DNA from: a virus
Taxonomy: Duplodnaviria > Caudoviricetes
DNA length: 64,000 nucleotides
IMG/VR virus record: IMGVR_UViG_3300032007_000052
Coordinates: 1 to 64,000 of that record
Reading direction: 5' to 3' (one strand)
Part shown: piece by piece, positions 17,844-28,947 of the stretch
Position numbering within the stretch: position 1 is the first letter of the stretch
How the letters are laid out: each line of letters opens with the position of its first letter
The notes under the pieces: generated by a model
Told to the model about the DNA's origin: nothing
Seen by the model: the letters and a program-made list of their open reading frames with translations, nothing else
Databases searched by the model: none
Position numbers and translations under genes: made by a program

Positions 17844-18636
17844 TTATTTTGATGTTGAAACTAATTTGAATTTTGTGGATTGTTCGACGTATAAGAATTT
17901 TGAGGGTACTCCTGGAATTAAAGCTTGTGAATGTAAGGCTTTAGCGATTGCTAAAGGGGAATACAAGCGTCCTATGACTGATGCTCTTATGGTGGGTAGT
18001 TATGTGGATGCGTTTTTTGATGGAGCTTTGGGTGAATTTAAGGAGAAAAATCCTCAAATTTTTACTGCTAAAGGTGAATTGAAGGCTCAATATAGGCAAG
18101 CTGAGGTTATGATTCAGCGTTGTCTTAAAGATGAGTTGTTTATGAAGTACATGCGTGGTGATACGCAACAGATTTTTACGTCAGAGATAAATGGTGTTCC
18201 TGTTAGGGTTAAGCTTGATAGTTTTGACGGCAGGAGAATTACTGACTTAAAAACTTGTAAGAGTATTTCTGAGACTTATTATGCTAAGGATTTGGGGGAG
18301 CGGTTAGACTTTATTACTTATTATGGGTACATTGAACAGGCTTATTTTTACAAGAAGGTTATGCTCAATGTTACTGGTAAGGATTATCCGTTCTACATTT
18401 GTGCTGTTACTAAGGAGAAAGAGGATGGTGTTCCTCATCCTAGAATTGCGGTTATAAACATCCCGGATAAGGTTATCTGGGAAAAGGGCAAGGAGATTGA
18501 GATGAAGCTTCCAAAAGTTTGGAAACTTTTGAGGGGTGAGATTAGTCCTATTCCTTGTGGTACATGTTCATGGTGTGCGGATAATTTGGCTTTAAACAAG
18601 GTTTTAAGCTTGGACGAGTTGTTATTGGAGATTTAA
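17824..18636 (+). CDS. PD-(D/E)XK exonuclease (RecE/DUF3799-like)
   Basis: ALMVGSYVDAFF, VKLDSF...ITDLKT and YGYIEQAYFY motifs; adjacent to recT. Confidence 0.8.
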   Translation: MIVTKDNYFDVETNLNFVDCSTYKNFEGTPGIKACECKALAIAKGEYKRPMTDALMVGSYVDAFFDGALGEFKEKNPQIFTAKGELKAQYRQAEVMIQRCLKDELFMKYMRGDTQQIFTSEINGVPVRVKLDSFDGRRITDLKTCKSISETYYAKDLGERLDFITYYGYIEQAYFYKKVMLNVTGKDYPFYICAVTKEKEDGVPHPRIAVINIPDKVIWEKGKEIEMKLPKVWKLLRGEISPIPCGTCSWCADNLALNKVLSLDELLLEI

Positions 18637-18685
18637 AAGAGGTGCTAGTTTATCTAGCATCTCTTTTTTTGCGAGGTGAGAGAAT

Positions 18686-21600
18686 ATGGCTGAACTTGAT
18701 TCTTTAAGTATTAAAATTGAGGCTTCGTCAAAGGATGCGGCGAGTGCTATTGATTCGCTCATCGAGAATTTAAAAAATCTGAACGAACAACTTGGGGTTG
18801 TAAAGGGAAATTCTTTCTCTAAATCTATGGAGAGTGTTGTATCTAGTGCTAACAAGATGCAGGAGTCTCTTAAGAAGGTTGGGAATGTTTCTTATGACAA
18901 AGCTATTTCCTCAATGAACACTTTGGCTAGATCTGTAGAAGATTCGACTTCTTCGATGTCTAAGAGCATTGAAGACGCTATTTCAAATGCTAAGGAATTT
19001 GGAAGTGTCATTAGGGGGATGGAAGCTGGGAAGTTAGAATTCAATGAGGAAGAATACAAGGAGGCTATTCAGGGATATTCTGAGGCTAAAGATGCTATTG
19101 ATAAGTTTAAGAGTACGTTATTGACGGTTGGGGATATTGAAAATCCTATTGATGAAGTTGGTGAATCAGCTGAAGAATTACCGAAAGCTACAAGTGAATT
19201 AGAAAAATATCTTTCCAAAATCAGGGAATACAAGGATGTTATTCGTGGTATGGAGAGTGGTAAGGTTGAGTTTAATGAGGACATTTATACTGAGGCTATT
19301 AGGGGATATGATGAGGCTTCAAGTGCGTTAAAAGAACTAAAACAGTCGCTTTTGGATGTCGGGGATGCTTCTAGTAAAGCGGGGGTATCTTTGAAATCAG
19401 CTTTTCCTGAAGCTTCAAGTGATATTGAAAATATGCTTGGCAAATTAAGAGAATACAAGGCTGTTGTCAAGGATATGGAGGGTGGAAAGGTTGCTTTTGA
19501 TAAGGCTCAGTATGATGAGGCTGTCGCAGGGGTAAAAACCTTAACTCAATCTATAAAAGATTATAAGAATAGTTTATCTGGATCTGATGAGGGAGCAGAG
19601 GGTGTCAAAAATGTTGGAGCTGCGGCTGAGAACGCGGCTATTAAAGTTGAGCAATTAGGGGATGCTCTTAAGGGACTTGGAAATATTAAACAAGTCATTG
19701 AGGGTGGTGAGATAAAGGAATTTGGTTTCTCAAGCGATGTGGTTGGAAATTTTGAAAAGATGCTTCCAGCTATTTCTGACTTTGGAAAACAACTTCCTAC
19801 GATTATAGAGGCTAGCAAGCAACTTCCTATGATTGTTGATTCTACTGCTGAGGTTATTCCTACTAGAGCCATGAGCGATATCGAAAAGATGATTTCTAAG
19901 CTTAGGGAATACAAGACTGTTCTAAGGGAGATGGAAAGTGGGAAAGTTGCTTTTGATGTTGAACAGTATGACGAGGCTGTATCTGGGATTGATAGGCTTA
20001 CTTCGGCTATTAAGGAATATAAAAATAATTTGGTTGATGCGGGCAAGGTGACGGAAAGTTTGCCGAAGGGGTTGGAAGAGGCTTCAGAAAAAAATGAGAA
20101 AGCTTTAAGTGGCGAATCTGGGACTAAATTTGTATTTAATTTACAATCTATTTCGAGCGAATTAGATAATGTATCGAGAGAATTTGATAAATTTGGAAAT
20201 GCAGGAGTTAAAGCTTTTAAATTCCTAATATCTCCGTTCACTGCTACAGTTAATATCTTTAAAGGTAAACTTAAAGATATGGCTAATAGGATGACTGATT
20301 TCAGGAAAAATATAGATGATAATTTGAAGAAAATGTCTCAATTCTGGAATCGAGTTATGAAGACATTTACATTTATGCTTGTTAGAAAAGCTATTGATGC
20401 AGTGATAAAGAGTACTAGTGATGCTATTCAGTCAATGGCAAAATTTTCGAATGCAATGGGAACACAATTTAATAAGAGTATTTCATTGCTTGTAGCTGAT
20501 TTCCAATACTTAGGAAGATCAATTGTTAGTGTTTTTGCTCCTTTAATAAATGCAGTTGTTCCGATTATTGACGCGATTGTAGATAGAATTGCAACGTTAT
20601 TATCATATGTTGGAATGTTAATGGCGGCACTTACGGGCGCAACTTCTTTTACAAAGGCTAAAAAGAAGGTTGATAACTACGCTGCGTCTCTTGATAAGGC
20701 ATCAAAATCCGCTAAAAATTTGACAATGGGAATTGATGAGTTAAATATTTTGTCAGAAAGTGGAGGCGGCGCTGGTGGTGGTGCCGGAGATTGGGCTGAT
20801 GCGTGGGAAGAAGTCGAAATTCCTGATTGGGCTAAAGAACTTGCAGACAAAATAAAACTAACCGCTAAAGATATATTTGATCCATTAAAGAAAGCCTGGG
20901 ATAAAGTTAAAGACTATATTCTTTCGGGTTGGAAATACATGGTTGATCAAATGAAAAAGTTATTAGGCGATGTTTGGCGGGATTTTATGAGGGTTTGGAA
21001 AACCCCTGAAACTTCTAGAATTTTTGAAAATCTTTTAAACATTGTAGGGGATATAGAACGAGTAATAGGAAATCTTGCTCAAAAGTTTAGAGAAGCTTGG
21101 AATTACAATCAAACTGGATATAAGATTTTAAGAAACATACGAGACATTATGGCAACACTTGTAGATCACGCAAGAAACGTCTCTTATTACATGATTGGAT
21201 GGTCTAAAAATATTGATTTTAAACCGCTTCTTACATCGTTTGAACAGCTGACATTAGTTGCAGTTCGTGTAGCTGATTTTATTGGTGGTGTATTTGAGGA
21301 TGTAATGATATTAGGTGTTCTCAAATTTATAAAGTTTATTATAGAAGAAGAACTTCCACTTTTAAATACGGAGCTAAAATCTATTGTTGATGAATTTAAT
21401 TTCAATTCATTGCGAGAAAGTTTAAAACCTGTTTGGTCGGCTATCGAAGAAATGCTTGAAAATATAACGGTAGGAATAACAAAAGCAATAGGAAATCTTG
21501 GAAGAAGCCTGGCAAGGTTTACTCACACGTCAGAATTTAGAGAGTTTTTAAACAATCTTGTTAAAATGACAAAAATGATTACTGCTGAAAGAGTTGAGAA

Positions 21601-24600
21601 AGTTTTGACTGGACTTGGAGAGGCGATATTAGCGATTGGAAAAGCTTTAATTAAATTTGTAAACAGCAGAGCTTTTCAAGGATTTTTGGAAGCAATTGCC
21701 AAGTGGATAGACAATCATTCAACAAAAGATATAGCAAATGTATTCTTAGGACTAGCTAAAGCAATTTTAGCATTTAAGTTTACCGCTTTTACGGCATCTA
21801 AATTATCTGGATTTTTTAAATTCATTACTATTATTTCTGCATTAAAAAATCTTTCTGCAATTGCTAAGGGATTCAATGATGTTGCAAGCGCAACAGAGGC
21901 TGTTGGAGAGTCGGCATCACTTGTCAAAGGAACAACGGAAGCTGTTTCGGGATTCGGAACGATTGTTAATCTAGTAAAAGATAAGGCTATTGGGTTTAAG
22001 GATGTTCTTTTGGGTTTGCGAAATGTTGATTTAAAGGGAGCGTTTTCTGGGGCAAAAGAGGGAGTTAATGCTTTTTCGGCTAGCCTTAGTCCAGCTGTGG
22101 TTGCTATTGGTTCATTAGCAACAGGTTTTTTGGAGTTTAAAACTGTTTCGAGTACCATTGAGAAATCGAGGTTGGGTATTGATTCTCTGACTGAAACTAT
22201 TATTAAACTTACTGCGGAAGTTGGTCTTGCATCGGCGGCATTTACGGCATTGTTAGGATTTCCTGCGGGAATAATTGCAGGTGGGGCGGTTGCGGCAGTA
22301 GGTGCAATAAAAGGTATTGTGGATGCAACTAATCAAGTAAATCTTGATGGAATATACTCATCAATAACAACTCAAGGGGAAACAACTCTAGGAGAAGTTA
22401 AAAAGTGGTATGACGAGGCTTCAAAGACAGTTGACGATAATATAACAAAGTGGAAAGATTCAGAGAGAAGATTAACTCAGGATAGAAGCGATTTGCAAGA
22501 GTACGGAAAGGATATTGAAGGCCTTGTTAGTGCAATAAATAATACTGGTGAGGCAACTTCCGGAATGGCTGATAAATTGCTTGGAAAATATGAGGAATTA
22601 GAGAAAGGAATTAACTCATATATTGATTCAAGTACTGATTCGATAGTTGCTAATATCTTAGCTCAAAAAGAGTATTTGACTGCGCAAGGTTATAATGTTG
22701 ATGAGATGATTGTCAACATATATAAAACTGCTGACGAGGAGAAAAAAGCTGTTGGAGAAGCTATTAAAGGTGTTAGAGAAGCAGTACAAAAGTTAAAAGG
22801 ACTAACGAAGGGGACTAAAGAATATAATGATCAAATGAAAAAAGTCTCTGAAGCAACAGCAAAGGCTTATCCTGAATTAAAAAAGTATTATGATCAGATT
22901 GATAACGTTGATACTTCTAAGGCGGTTGAAGAAATAAGCAAACTGGGTAGTAGTTTAGATTTAAGCCAATATCAGGACGATCCTGAAGCCGCGATAAATG
23001 CTATAAATTCCCATATTGATGAGGTTAAAACAACTTATCAAACAAAGATGGGAGAATTAAAAACTGAGGCTGAAGCGCTTAAAAAACAAATTGATTTGGC
23101 ACCGGGGATTTCTGATGAGGCAAAGGAAGCAGCAAAACTATCAATAGATCATGCTTATGATGAAGCGGGACAACAATTGACATCAAAAACAAATGAAATA
23201 CTTGGAACTTACGGGAATACCCTTAAAGGGCAGATGGAGTCGGTTGTTACTCAGGCTTCTCAGGATTGGGACAAAGGGCTTGTAAGTACTTTCCTACAAC
23301 CATACAACAATAAGCAAGAATATATTTTATATCAGTTGCAGCAATATACTAAGAAAATGGTTGATGGAGGTGTAAAAGATAGTTTAATTAGTGCTTATTC
23401 TGCACTTCCTGGTGATACGCAAACAGATGTTGTTAATGCAATGTTTAATCTTGCAGCTAATCAGGAAAATGCATACAAGGATAATCTAGCTAAGGCTAGT
23501 TATGGAATGGCTGAATATAACACTAATGTTATGCAAACTGTTTTGAATGCGGTTAATAATCTTGATTTTTCAGGCCCAGCGGAAGTACAAGCCACAGGTC
23601 AATTTAATGCCTTAAAGATTGCAATGCAAGGACTTGATTTTAAATCACTTGGAGAACTTTGGAATAAATTGACTGGTAATGCAATGATTTCTGATAAAAA
23701 GATTGTCGAAGATGCTAATAGGCTTGTTGCAAAAGAAGGTTCAAATGCTTTTAGCGATGAGTATAAAACTTTCCTGACGGATAATAAAACGGTTATCAAT
23801 GAAATGGGGAAAACTGCTGTACCTTACGGAAAAAGCTTTACGGAAGGTTTTAATAAAGGAATAAGTGATAATGCGAAAGATACTCAAAAACCTATTGAGG
23901 AATGGATGAAAAAAGCTGACGCATATATACACGGCAATCCTTTTGCCCCATTTGGGTCCCCAAATAAGAAGACGATGGAATACGGAAAGGATTTTGTTGT
24001 TGGATTCAATCTTGGGATTACCAATAATATGACTTCTAGTCAAACATCAATTCAAACATGGTTTCAAGCTATCAATACAGAAGCAAAAAGTGGGGTAGCA
24101 ACTATTAAGAATACTTTTAAAACTTTATTATCTGAAGCGTTGACAATTTCTATTGATACTGATGAAGGAAGTTTTAAAACCGCGTTTGAAAACATTACTA
24201 AAGCAGTTACTGATGGAGTAACAACACTTGGAAAAAATCTTCAAGAAACTATTCTCCCAAATATGAAAGAAACCTATATTGCTCCATTCTTCACATTAGA
24301 ACAATGGCAACCATTATTTGATACTTTCAAAGAAGAAGTTCTTGTTGTTGAGCAAGAAAGCCTTAACACATGGTTTACTGAGTCAATGACTACTTGGTGG
24401 GAAGAAAGCCTTATAACATGGTTTGCTGTTGAAAAATGGGATAAGGAAATAATTAAACCTCTTGAGGATTTGATTCACGAAAGGTTTACATTATTTGAAA
24501 AATGGTGGAATCTTTCAATGGCTACTTGGTGGGAGACAAAAGTTGTTCCGTGGTTTATCTATAAAAAATGGAATGACAAATTTATGGTTATTCATAAAGC

Positions 24601-25084
24601 TGCTGAGGATGTGTTTATTAAGGTGTTAAACACTATTAAACTTAAAATGTCAGAGTCAGAAAAAGCAGTTAGAGAAGCTTGCAAAAATATAAAAAGTGCA
24701 CTTTCAGAAATCATATCTGCTATTTCAGAAGTAGAATCGAAACTATCATCCCTTGGAAGTACTTCTGGGAATATTAAGGTCAATATTCCAAAGTTTGCCA
24801 CGGGTGGTTATCCAACAAGAGGGTCCTTATTTATAGCTAATGAGGCTGGTCCAGAGCTTGTAGGACGTATGAACGGTAGAACCGCAGTTTCTTCAAACGA
24901 TGAAATTACAGGAATTAGAGATGCAATCGTTGATACGTCGAACATAGAAACGGAGCTTTTAAGTAGGCTTGTAATGATCGACCAGGCTATTCTTGATAAG
25001 GACGTTGTTATTATTGGAGACAGAGAACTTGCGAGAATTGTTGGAGAGGGTTCTTCTCAGATGGGAATGAACATTATCAGTTAA
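18686..25084 (+). CDS. tail tape measure protein
   Basis: 2132 aa, helical, W-periodic segments, C-terminal PKFATGG...ANEAGPELVG. Confidence 0.92.
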   Translation: MAELDSLSIKIEASSKDAASAIDSLIENLKNLNEQLGVVKGNSFSKSMESVVSSANKMQESLKKVGNVSYDKAISSMNTLARSVEDSTSSMSKSIEDAISNAKEFGSVIRGMEAGKLEFNEEEYKEAIQGYSEAKDAIDKFKSTLLTVGDIENPIDEVGESAEELPKATSELEKYLSKIREYKDVIRGMESGKVEFNEDIYTEAIRGYDEASSALKELKQSLLDVGDASSKAGVSLKSAFPEASSDIENMLGKLREYKAVVKDMEGGKVAFDKAQYDEAVAGVKTLTQSIKDYKNSLSGSDEGAEGVKNVGAAAENAAIKVEQLGDALKGLGNIKQVIEGGEIKEFGFSSDVVGNFEKMLPAISDFGKQLPTIIEASKQLPMIVDSTAEVIPTRAMSDIEKMISKLREYKTVLREMESGKVAFDVEQYDEAVSGIDRLTSAIKEYKNNLVDAGKVTESLPKGLEEASEKNEKALSGESGTKFVFNLQSISSELDNVSREFDKFGNAGVKAFKFLISPFTATVNIFKGKLKDMANRMTDFRKNIDDNLKKMSQFWNRVMKTFTFMLVRKAIDAVIKSTSDAIQSMAKFSNAMGTQFNKSISLLVADFQYLGRSIVSVFAPLINAVVPIIDAIVDRIATLLSYVGMLMAALTGATSFTKAKKKVDNYAASLDKASKSAKNLTMGIDELNILSESGGGAGGGAGDWADAWEEVEIPDWAKELADKIKLTAKDIFDPLKKAWDKVKDYILSGWKYMVDQMKKLLGDVWRDFMRVWKTPETSRIFENLLNIVGDIERVIGNLAQKFREAWNYNQTGYKILRNIRDIMATLVDHARNVSYYMIGWSKNIDFKPLLTSFEQLTLVAVRVADFIGGVFEDVMILGVLKFIKFIIEEELPLLNTELKSIVDEFNFNSLRESLKPVWSAIEEMLENITVGITKAIGNLGRSLARFTHTSEFREFLNNLVKMTKMITAERVEKVLTGLGEAILAIGKALIKFVNSRAFQGFLEAIAKWIDNHSTKDIANVFLGLAKAILAFKFTAFTASKLSGFFKFITIISALKNLSAIAKGFNDVASATEAVGESASLVKGTTEAVSGFGTIVNLVKDKAIGFKDVLLGLRNVDLKGAFSGAKEGVNAFSASLSPAVVAIGSLATGFLEFKTVSSTIEKSRLGIDSLTETIIKLTAEVGLASAAFTALLGFPAGIIAGGAVAAVGAIKGIVDATNQVNLDGIYSSITTQGETTLGEVKKWYDEASKTVDDNITKWKDSERRLTQDRSDLQEYGKDIEGLVSAINNTGEATSGMADKLLGKYEELEKGINSYIDSSTDSIVANILAQKEYLTAQGYNVDEMIVNIYKTADEEKKAVGEAIKGVREAVQKLKGLTKGTKEYNDQMKKVSEATAKAYPELKKYYDQIDNVDTSKAVEEISKLGSSLDLSQYQDDPEAAINAINSHIDEVKTTYQTKMGELKTEAEALKKQIDLAPGISDEAKEAAKLSIDHAYDEAGQQLTSKTNEILGTYGNTLKGQMESVVTQASQDWDKGLVSTFLQPYNNKQEYILYQLQQYTKKMVDGGVKDSLISAYSALPGDTQTDVVNAMFNLAANQENAYKDNLAKASYGMAEYNTNVMQTVLNAVNNLDFSGPAEVQATGQFNALKIAMQGLDFKSLGELWNKLTGNAMISDKKIVEDANRLVAKEGSNAFSDEYKTFLTDNKTVINEMGKTAVPYGKSFTEGFNKGISDNAKDTQKPIEEWMKKADAYIHGNPFAPFGSPNKKTMEYGKDFVVGFNLGITNNMTSSQTSIQTWFQAINTEAKSGVATIKNTFKTLLSEALTISIDTDEGSFKTAFENITKAVTDGVTTLGKNLQETILPNMKETYIAPFFTLEQWQPLFDTFKEEVLVVEQESLNTWFTESMTTWWEESLITWFAVEKWDKEIIKPLEDLIHERFTLFEKWWNLSMATWWETKVVPWFIYKKWNDKFMVIHKAAEDVFIKVLNTIKLKMSESEKAVREACKNIKSALSEIISAISEVESKLSSLGSTSGNIKVNIPKFATGGYPTRGSLFIANEAGPELVGRMNGRTAVSSNDEITGIRDAIVDTSNIETELLSRLVMIDQAILDKDVVIIGDRELARIVGEGSSQMGMNIIS

Positions 25085-25136
25085 TAAGAAGGTGGGTGTC
25101 TGTGAACATCCACCTTTTTTTAGAAAGGTGGTTTAT

Positions 25137-25517
25137 ATGGCTTTTCTTGAAGTTAATGGTGTTGAATTACCTTGCCCGTCGGTTGGACTTGAGATTATAT
25201 TGAGTGATGCTGTTAACTCTGGACGTAATGCTAATGCTGAGGTTATCGGAGAAAAAGTCGGAAGAACTAATATAAAATATAATAATCTGCAATGGAATTG
25301 GCTGACACGAAACGAATGGTCGCTTATATGCAATCTTTTTTCTAATTTTTTTGTTGTTGCAAAAGTTTGGAATCCGGCAGAAAATAAATTTGTAAACTTG
25401 AAAATGTACCCAGGTGATAGATCTGCTCAGGTATATTGGCTGGAAGATGATAAGGTTACTCCTAAAAATTTTACTCAGTGTAAGGTTAACATTATTGATT
25501 GTGGACTTCTTAAGTGA
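25137..25517 (+). CDS. distal tail (Dit-like) protein
   Basis: Follows tape measure; SGRNANA and KMYPGDRS motifs. Confidence 0.65.
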   Translation: MAFLEVNGVELPCPSVGLEIILSDAVNSGRNANAEVIGEKVGRTNIKYNNLQWNWLTRNEWSLICNLFSNFFVVAKVWNPAENKFVNLKMYPGDRSAQVYWLEDDKVTPKNFTQCKVNIIDCGLLK

Positions 25518-25525
25518 GGTGAAAA

Positions 25526-28210
25526 ATGCAAACAACAAGCGCAGCATATAGAGCCGAACAAAAAGGTGTTTTACGTAATGAAAATTACGTGTATGTATAT
25601 TTAGGGGTATTTTCTCGTGAAGCACAAGCAAATGCGCTTGCAGAAGGAACTTATACAGTTTTTTCAAGCCCACAGGAAATTTTTGGAAAAACGAAATTTG
25701 AAGCGTATTACGCTACTAATGAGGAAAATTTTGCTAGAGTAGATGGTTCTCAGTATTTCATGCCATATGATAGTGGGGCTTTTGCACTTTATCAAGGGGC
25801 AGTCACTGAAAAACCTGTTGATGATATTGTTATTTCTTTTGGGGAATACAAGCAACTTAGAATTAAGGGATTAACAATTGACTTTGGAGAGTATTATCCG
25901 ACGTCTTTTATGGTTTCAAATGGGTGGGCTGAATACACTTATATTTATGAAAATGATAAGCCGGGAATTTGGACTACGGATGACGAATTTTTGGAAAGTC
26001 AATGGATCTGGATTGTTCCATTTAGTATGGTGGGTGGTAAACAGAGACTAAGAGTTCTTAATATTAGTTTTGGACGTGGATTTATGTTTGATAATAAGAC
26101 TTTGATTTCTACGTCTTGGAAGTCTCAGGTTGCACATTTATCAGATTCTCTTCCTTCGAAAAGTTTTTCGTTCACAATTGATAATCTTGACCGAAAATTT
26201 TCGGCAGATAATCCTCATTCATATGTTGCTTTTCTTCAGGAACAGCAGGAAGTTGAATTTGAATATGGCCGTATGTTAGATGATGGAACTATATTCAGAA
26301 TGCCAGGTGGAAGAATGAGCTTGAAATCGTGGTCTAGCAACGATATGCAGGCAAAGTTTACGGCTGTTGGCAAAATGGATTATGTTACGTCAACATATAA
26401 CAAAGGGAAGTATTATCCTAATGGTATCAGCTTATATGATTTGGCACAAGAAATATGTGTTGACGCTGGGTTTACAAGTTTTACAATTGATCATTATTTG
26501 AAAAAAATATTTACGTGCAATCCGTTACCGGTTGAAAAGCATAAAGCTTTATTGCAGCTTATAGCGAATGCATCAAGATCAATTTTGAGAGAGACTAGAG
26601 AAGGTGTTATTGATATTTCAACGTCTTTTATGCCTTCTGTTGTTAGTATTTCTGATAATGGACATACAATTGAAAGTGACAGTTCACATATTTTGGAATC
26701 GAATCCCCCAACGATAGAGTATGCGACTACTGAGTATTGCTTTACCTATGTAGATGGTCATCAATATTTTAATACTACAGATGATTCTAAAAGGTTGCAC
26801 ACTGGATATGTTAGTAAGGCTGTCTCTGATAAAGATGGATATTTTTGGGAATACGATCAAAACCATGTTAGGTTTCTTACCAAAGATGATTTGGAAATTA
26901 AACCAATTGTTCTCAAATACAATAACAGAGAAACTACAGAAGGAATGTTTGTTAGTGGTGAATATGAAGTTACTCTTAACGAGGACGGTGTTTACTATCC
27001 ATTTTTGAAAATAGAATGGGAAGCAAACTGGACTTTCTACAACATGATTGTTTATTTCTCTGACGTTGCGCCTTACAAATTTGAAGTATATACATATCGT
27101 GACAAAAATCTAGTTGAAAAATTTACGATTGAAAATCCTCAATCTACGAGAGTTTTTATTGAAAGAGAATTCAACAAAATAGATACAGTTAAATTTGTAT
27201 TTAGAGAAGCAACTGCTGGAAGAAGGGTGCATATTCGTCGAGTTAAAGTTGGCGATATTACTGATTATGTTATTGATTATAGAGATATGGCTTCTTCACC
27301 TGTTGCGTCAAGGACTGATTTCGTCAAAAATATTAATGTACAGTATTATGAATATGCATATGGCACAGAAGAGAAGGTTATAAGTACGATTTCGAATGTA
27401 AAAGAAACTAATGTTGCTGAATATAAGACTCCATATCATAATTTCTCATTGGCTTATAAAGAACTTACTGATGATGATACTGTATTTACTAAGGCTTCTA
27501 AGAAATTTGTTAAGGAACTTCCGGCTATTGATAAAGCCAAGACGTCAACGAGATATTTTGTAGAAGATGGAACAAAATATAAAGTTTACATGGTTAAGAC
27601 TGAGGATAAGCTTAATTCGTGGGAACTTTTAGAAACGGTATCTCAAGTTATAGTTGATGAATTACCGATGAATACTGTAGATCATGTTCTTTATCTTCTT
27701 AGAACTGACACTTTGCTTATTTATCATTGTTACATCAGAGACATTACTACAGAGAATCATCCGCTTGTTTCTCTTGGATATGATGTAAGAGGAAATTTAA
27801 AAATTGTTGATAGTAGTGCATATTTTGTAAAGTTTACAACAGACGTTTTAAGTCCAATTGAAGTTTCGGGCATTCAATTTATTGTAACGGAGCGTTCGTG
27901 CTCTAAGAAACTTAATGAGCTAGGTGTTGATAAGACCGCTAAGAATGTTCTTATTGATACAGAGGAATGGGCTGAAAAAGAAGTTGATTGGTTAGAAGAG
28001 TATTACAGTAATGATGTTGAGTATAAAATTACTTATCGTGGGGAACCTTCTATTGATCCAGATGACCAAATTTACATCGAAAATAAGTTTGTATCAAAGA
28101 ACTTAGTAAGAGTAACTGAGACTCAGATTAATACTACTACAGGGATGAGCATGTCTTGTACACTTAATGGTCGCAGAATTTCTTATGAAGAAGAGGTGGA
28201 AGAAGAATGA
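25526..28210 (+). CDS. baseplate hub/tail protein
   Basis: 894 aa after the Dit-like gene; C-terminal YRGEPSIDPDD motif. Confidence 0.7.
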   Translation: MQTTSAAYRAEQKGVLRNENYVYVYLGVFSREAQANALAEGTYTVFSSPQEIFGKTKFEAYYATNEENFARVDGSQYFMPYDSGAFALYQGAVTEKPVDDIVISFGEYKQLRIKGLTIDFGEYYPTSFMVSNGWAEYTYIYENDKPGIWTTDDEFLESQWIWIVPFSMVGGKQRLRVLNISFGRGFMFDNKTLISTSWKSQVAHLSDSLPSKSFSFTIDNLDRKFSADNPHSYVAFLQEQQEVEFEYGRMLDDGTIFRMPGGRMSLKSWSSNDMQAKFTAVGKMDYVTSTYNKGKYYPNGISLYDLAQEICVDAGFTSFTIDHYLKKIFTCNPLPVEKHKALLQLIANASRSILRETREGVIDISTSFMPSVVSISDNGHTIESDSSHILESNPPTIEYATTEYCFTYVDGHQYFNTTDDSKRLHTGYVSKAVSDKDGYFWEYDQNHVRFLTKDDLEIKPIVLKYNNRETTEGMFVSGEYEVTLNEDGVYYPFLKIEWEANWTFYNMIVYFSDVAPYKFEVYTYRDKNLVEKFTIENPQSTRVFIEREFNKIDTVKFVFREATAGRRVHIRRVKVGDITDYVIDYRDMASSPVASRTDFVKNINVQYYEYAYGTEEKVISTISNVKETNVAEYKTPYHNFSLAYKELTDDDTVFTKASKKFVKELPAIDKAKTSTRYFVEDGTKYKVYMVKTEDKLNSWELLETVSQVIVDELPMNTVDHVLYLLRTDTLLIYHCYIRDITTENHPLVSLGYDVRGNLKIVDSSAYFVKFTTDVLSPIEVSGIQFIVTERSCSKKLNELGVDKTAKNVLIDTEEWAEKEVDWLEEYYSNDVEYKITYRGEPSIDPDDQIYIENKFVSKNLVRVTETQINTTTGMSMSCTLNGRRISYEEEVEEE

Positions 28211-28665
28211 GTTGGGAAACTCCTAAAACGAATTGGGCTATTCATTTGGATAGTGCTGGTAATTACGAGGGCGATTTTTTTAACGCTTATGATTATAACC
28301 GTATAAAGAACAACCTTTTATATATTAGAGATTTAGCTATTCAAATATATGGGGTTGTTCCCGAAATAGTAGTTGGACCAAATAAATATGAAATAGATGT
28401 GTGGGAGCCTAATTGGGAGAACGACAACTATTTTGCATGGGAATTTAATGCAATTGAGGACGGAATTGAAACTCTTGGTGAATTAATGGACTTTGTTGAT
28501 ATTGGTGACAAGAAAACTTTTTATGACAATGGAAAGTTTATTGATTATGTTGAGTTAAACCGATTAGAAAGTGCATTGCTGAAGATGTATAATGTTCTTA
28601 GTAGTGCAATTTCTCATAAATCAAGGTTAGCTTTCAGGCTTGGAGCAGGAAAATTCAAGATCTGA
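28207..28665 (+). CDS. tail-associated protein
   Basis: WETPKTNW and DYNRIKNN/ELNRLE motifs. Confidence 0.6.
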   Translation: MSWETPKTNWAIHLDSAGNYEGDFFNAYDYNRIKNNLLYIRDLAIQIYGVVPEIVVGPNKYEIDVWEPNWENDNYFAWEFNAIEDGIETLGELMDFVDIGDKKTFYDNGKFIDYVELNRLESALLKMYNVLSSAISHKSRLAFRLGAGKFKI

Positions 28666-28678
28666 GAAAGGATTATTT

Positions 28679-28936
28679 ATGGATGCGTTAAGAACAAATT
28701 TTAAAGATGATATCTTTGAGGGTTCAAGAAAATTCCGACCTGTATCTCATGCGGATGGAACTGCTTCATTTATTGATATGACAGATTATTTACAGGTGGG
28801 TGATGTGTATGGAGCTGCCGAGGTCAATGCACAAAATGCGGCAATAAATCACAAAGGTTTAGTTATAAGTGCTACTAATATTCCTGTTGCGAATAGAATT
28901 AATAATAATTTATATTTTTTCTATTCAACTGATTGA
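28679..28936 (+). CDS. tail-associated hypothetical protein
   Basis: RBS, synteny. Confidence 0.55.
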   Translation: MDALRTNFKDDIFEGSRKFRPVSHADGTASFIDMTDYLQVGDVYGAAEVNAQNAAINHKGLVISATNIPVANRINNNLYFFYSTD

Positions 28937-28947
28937 AAGGAGCTTTT

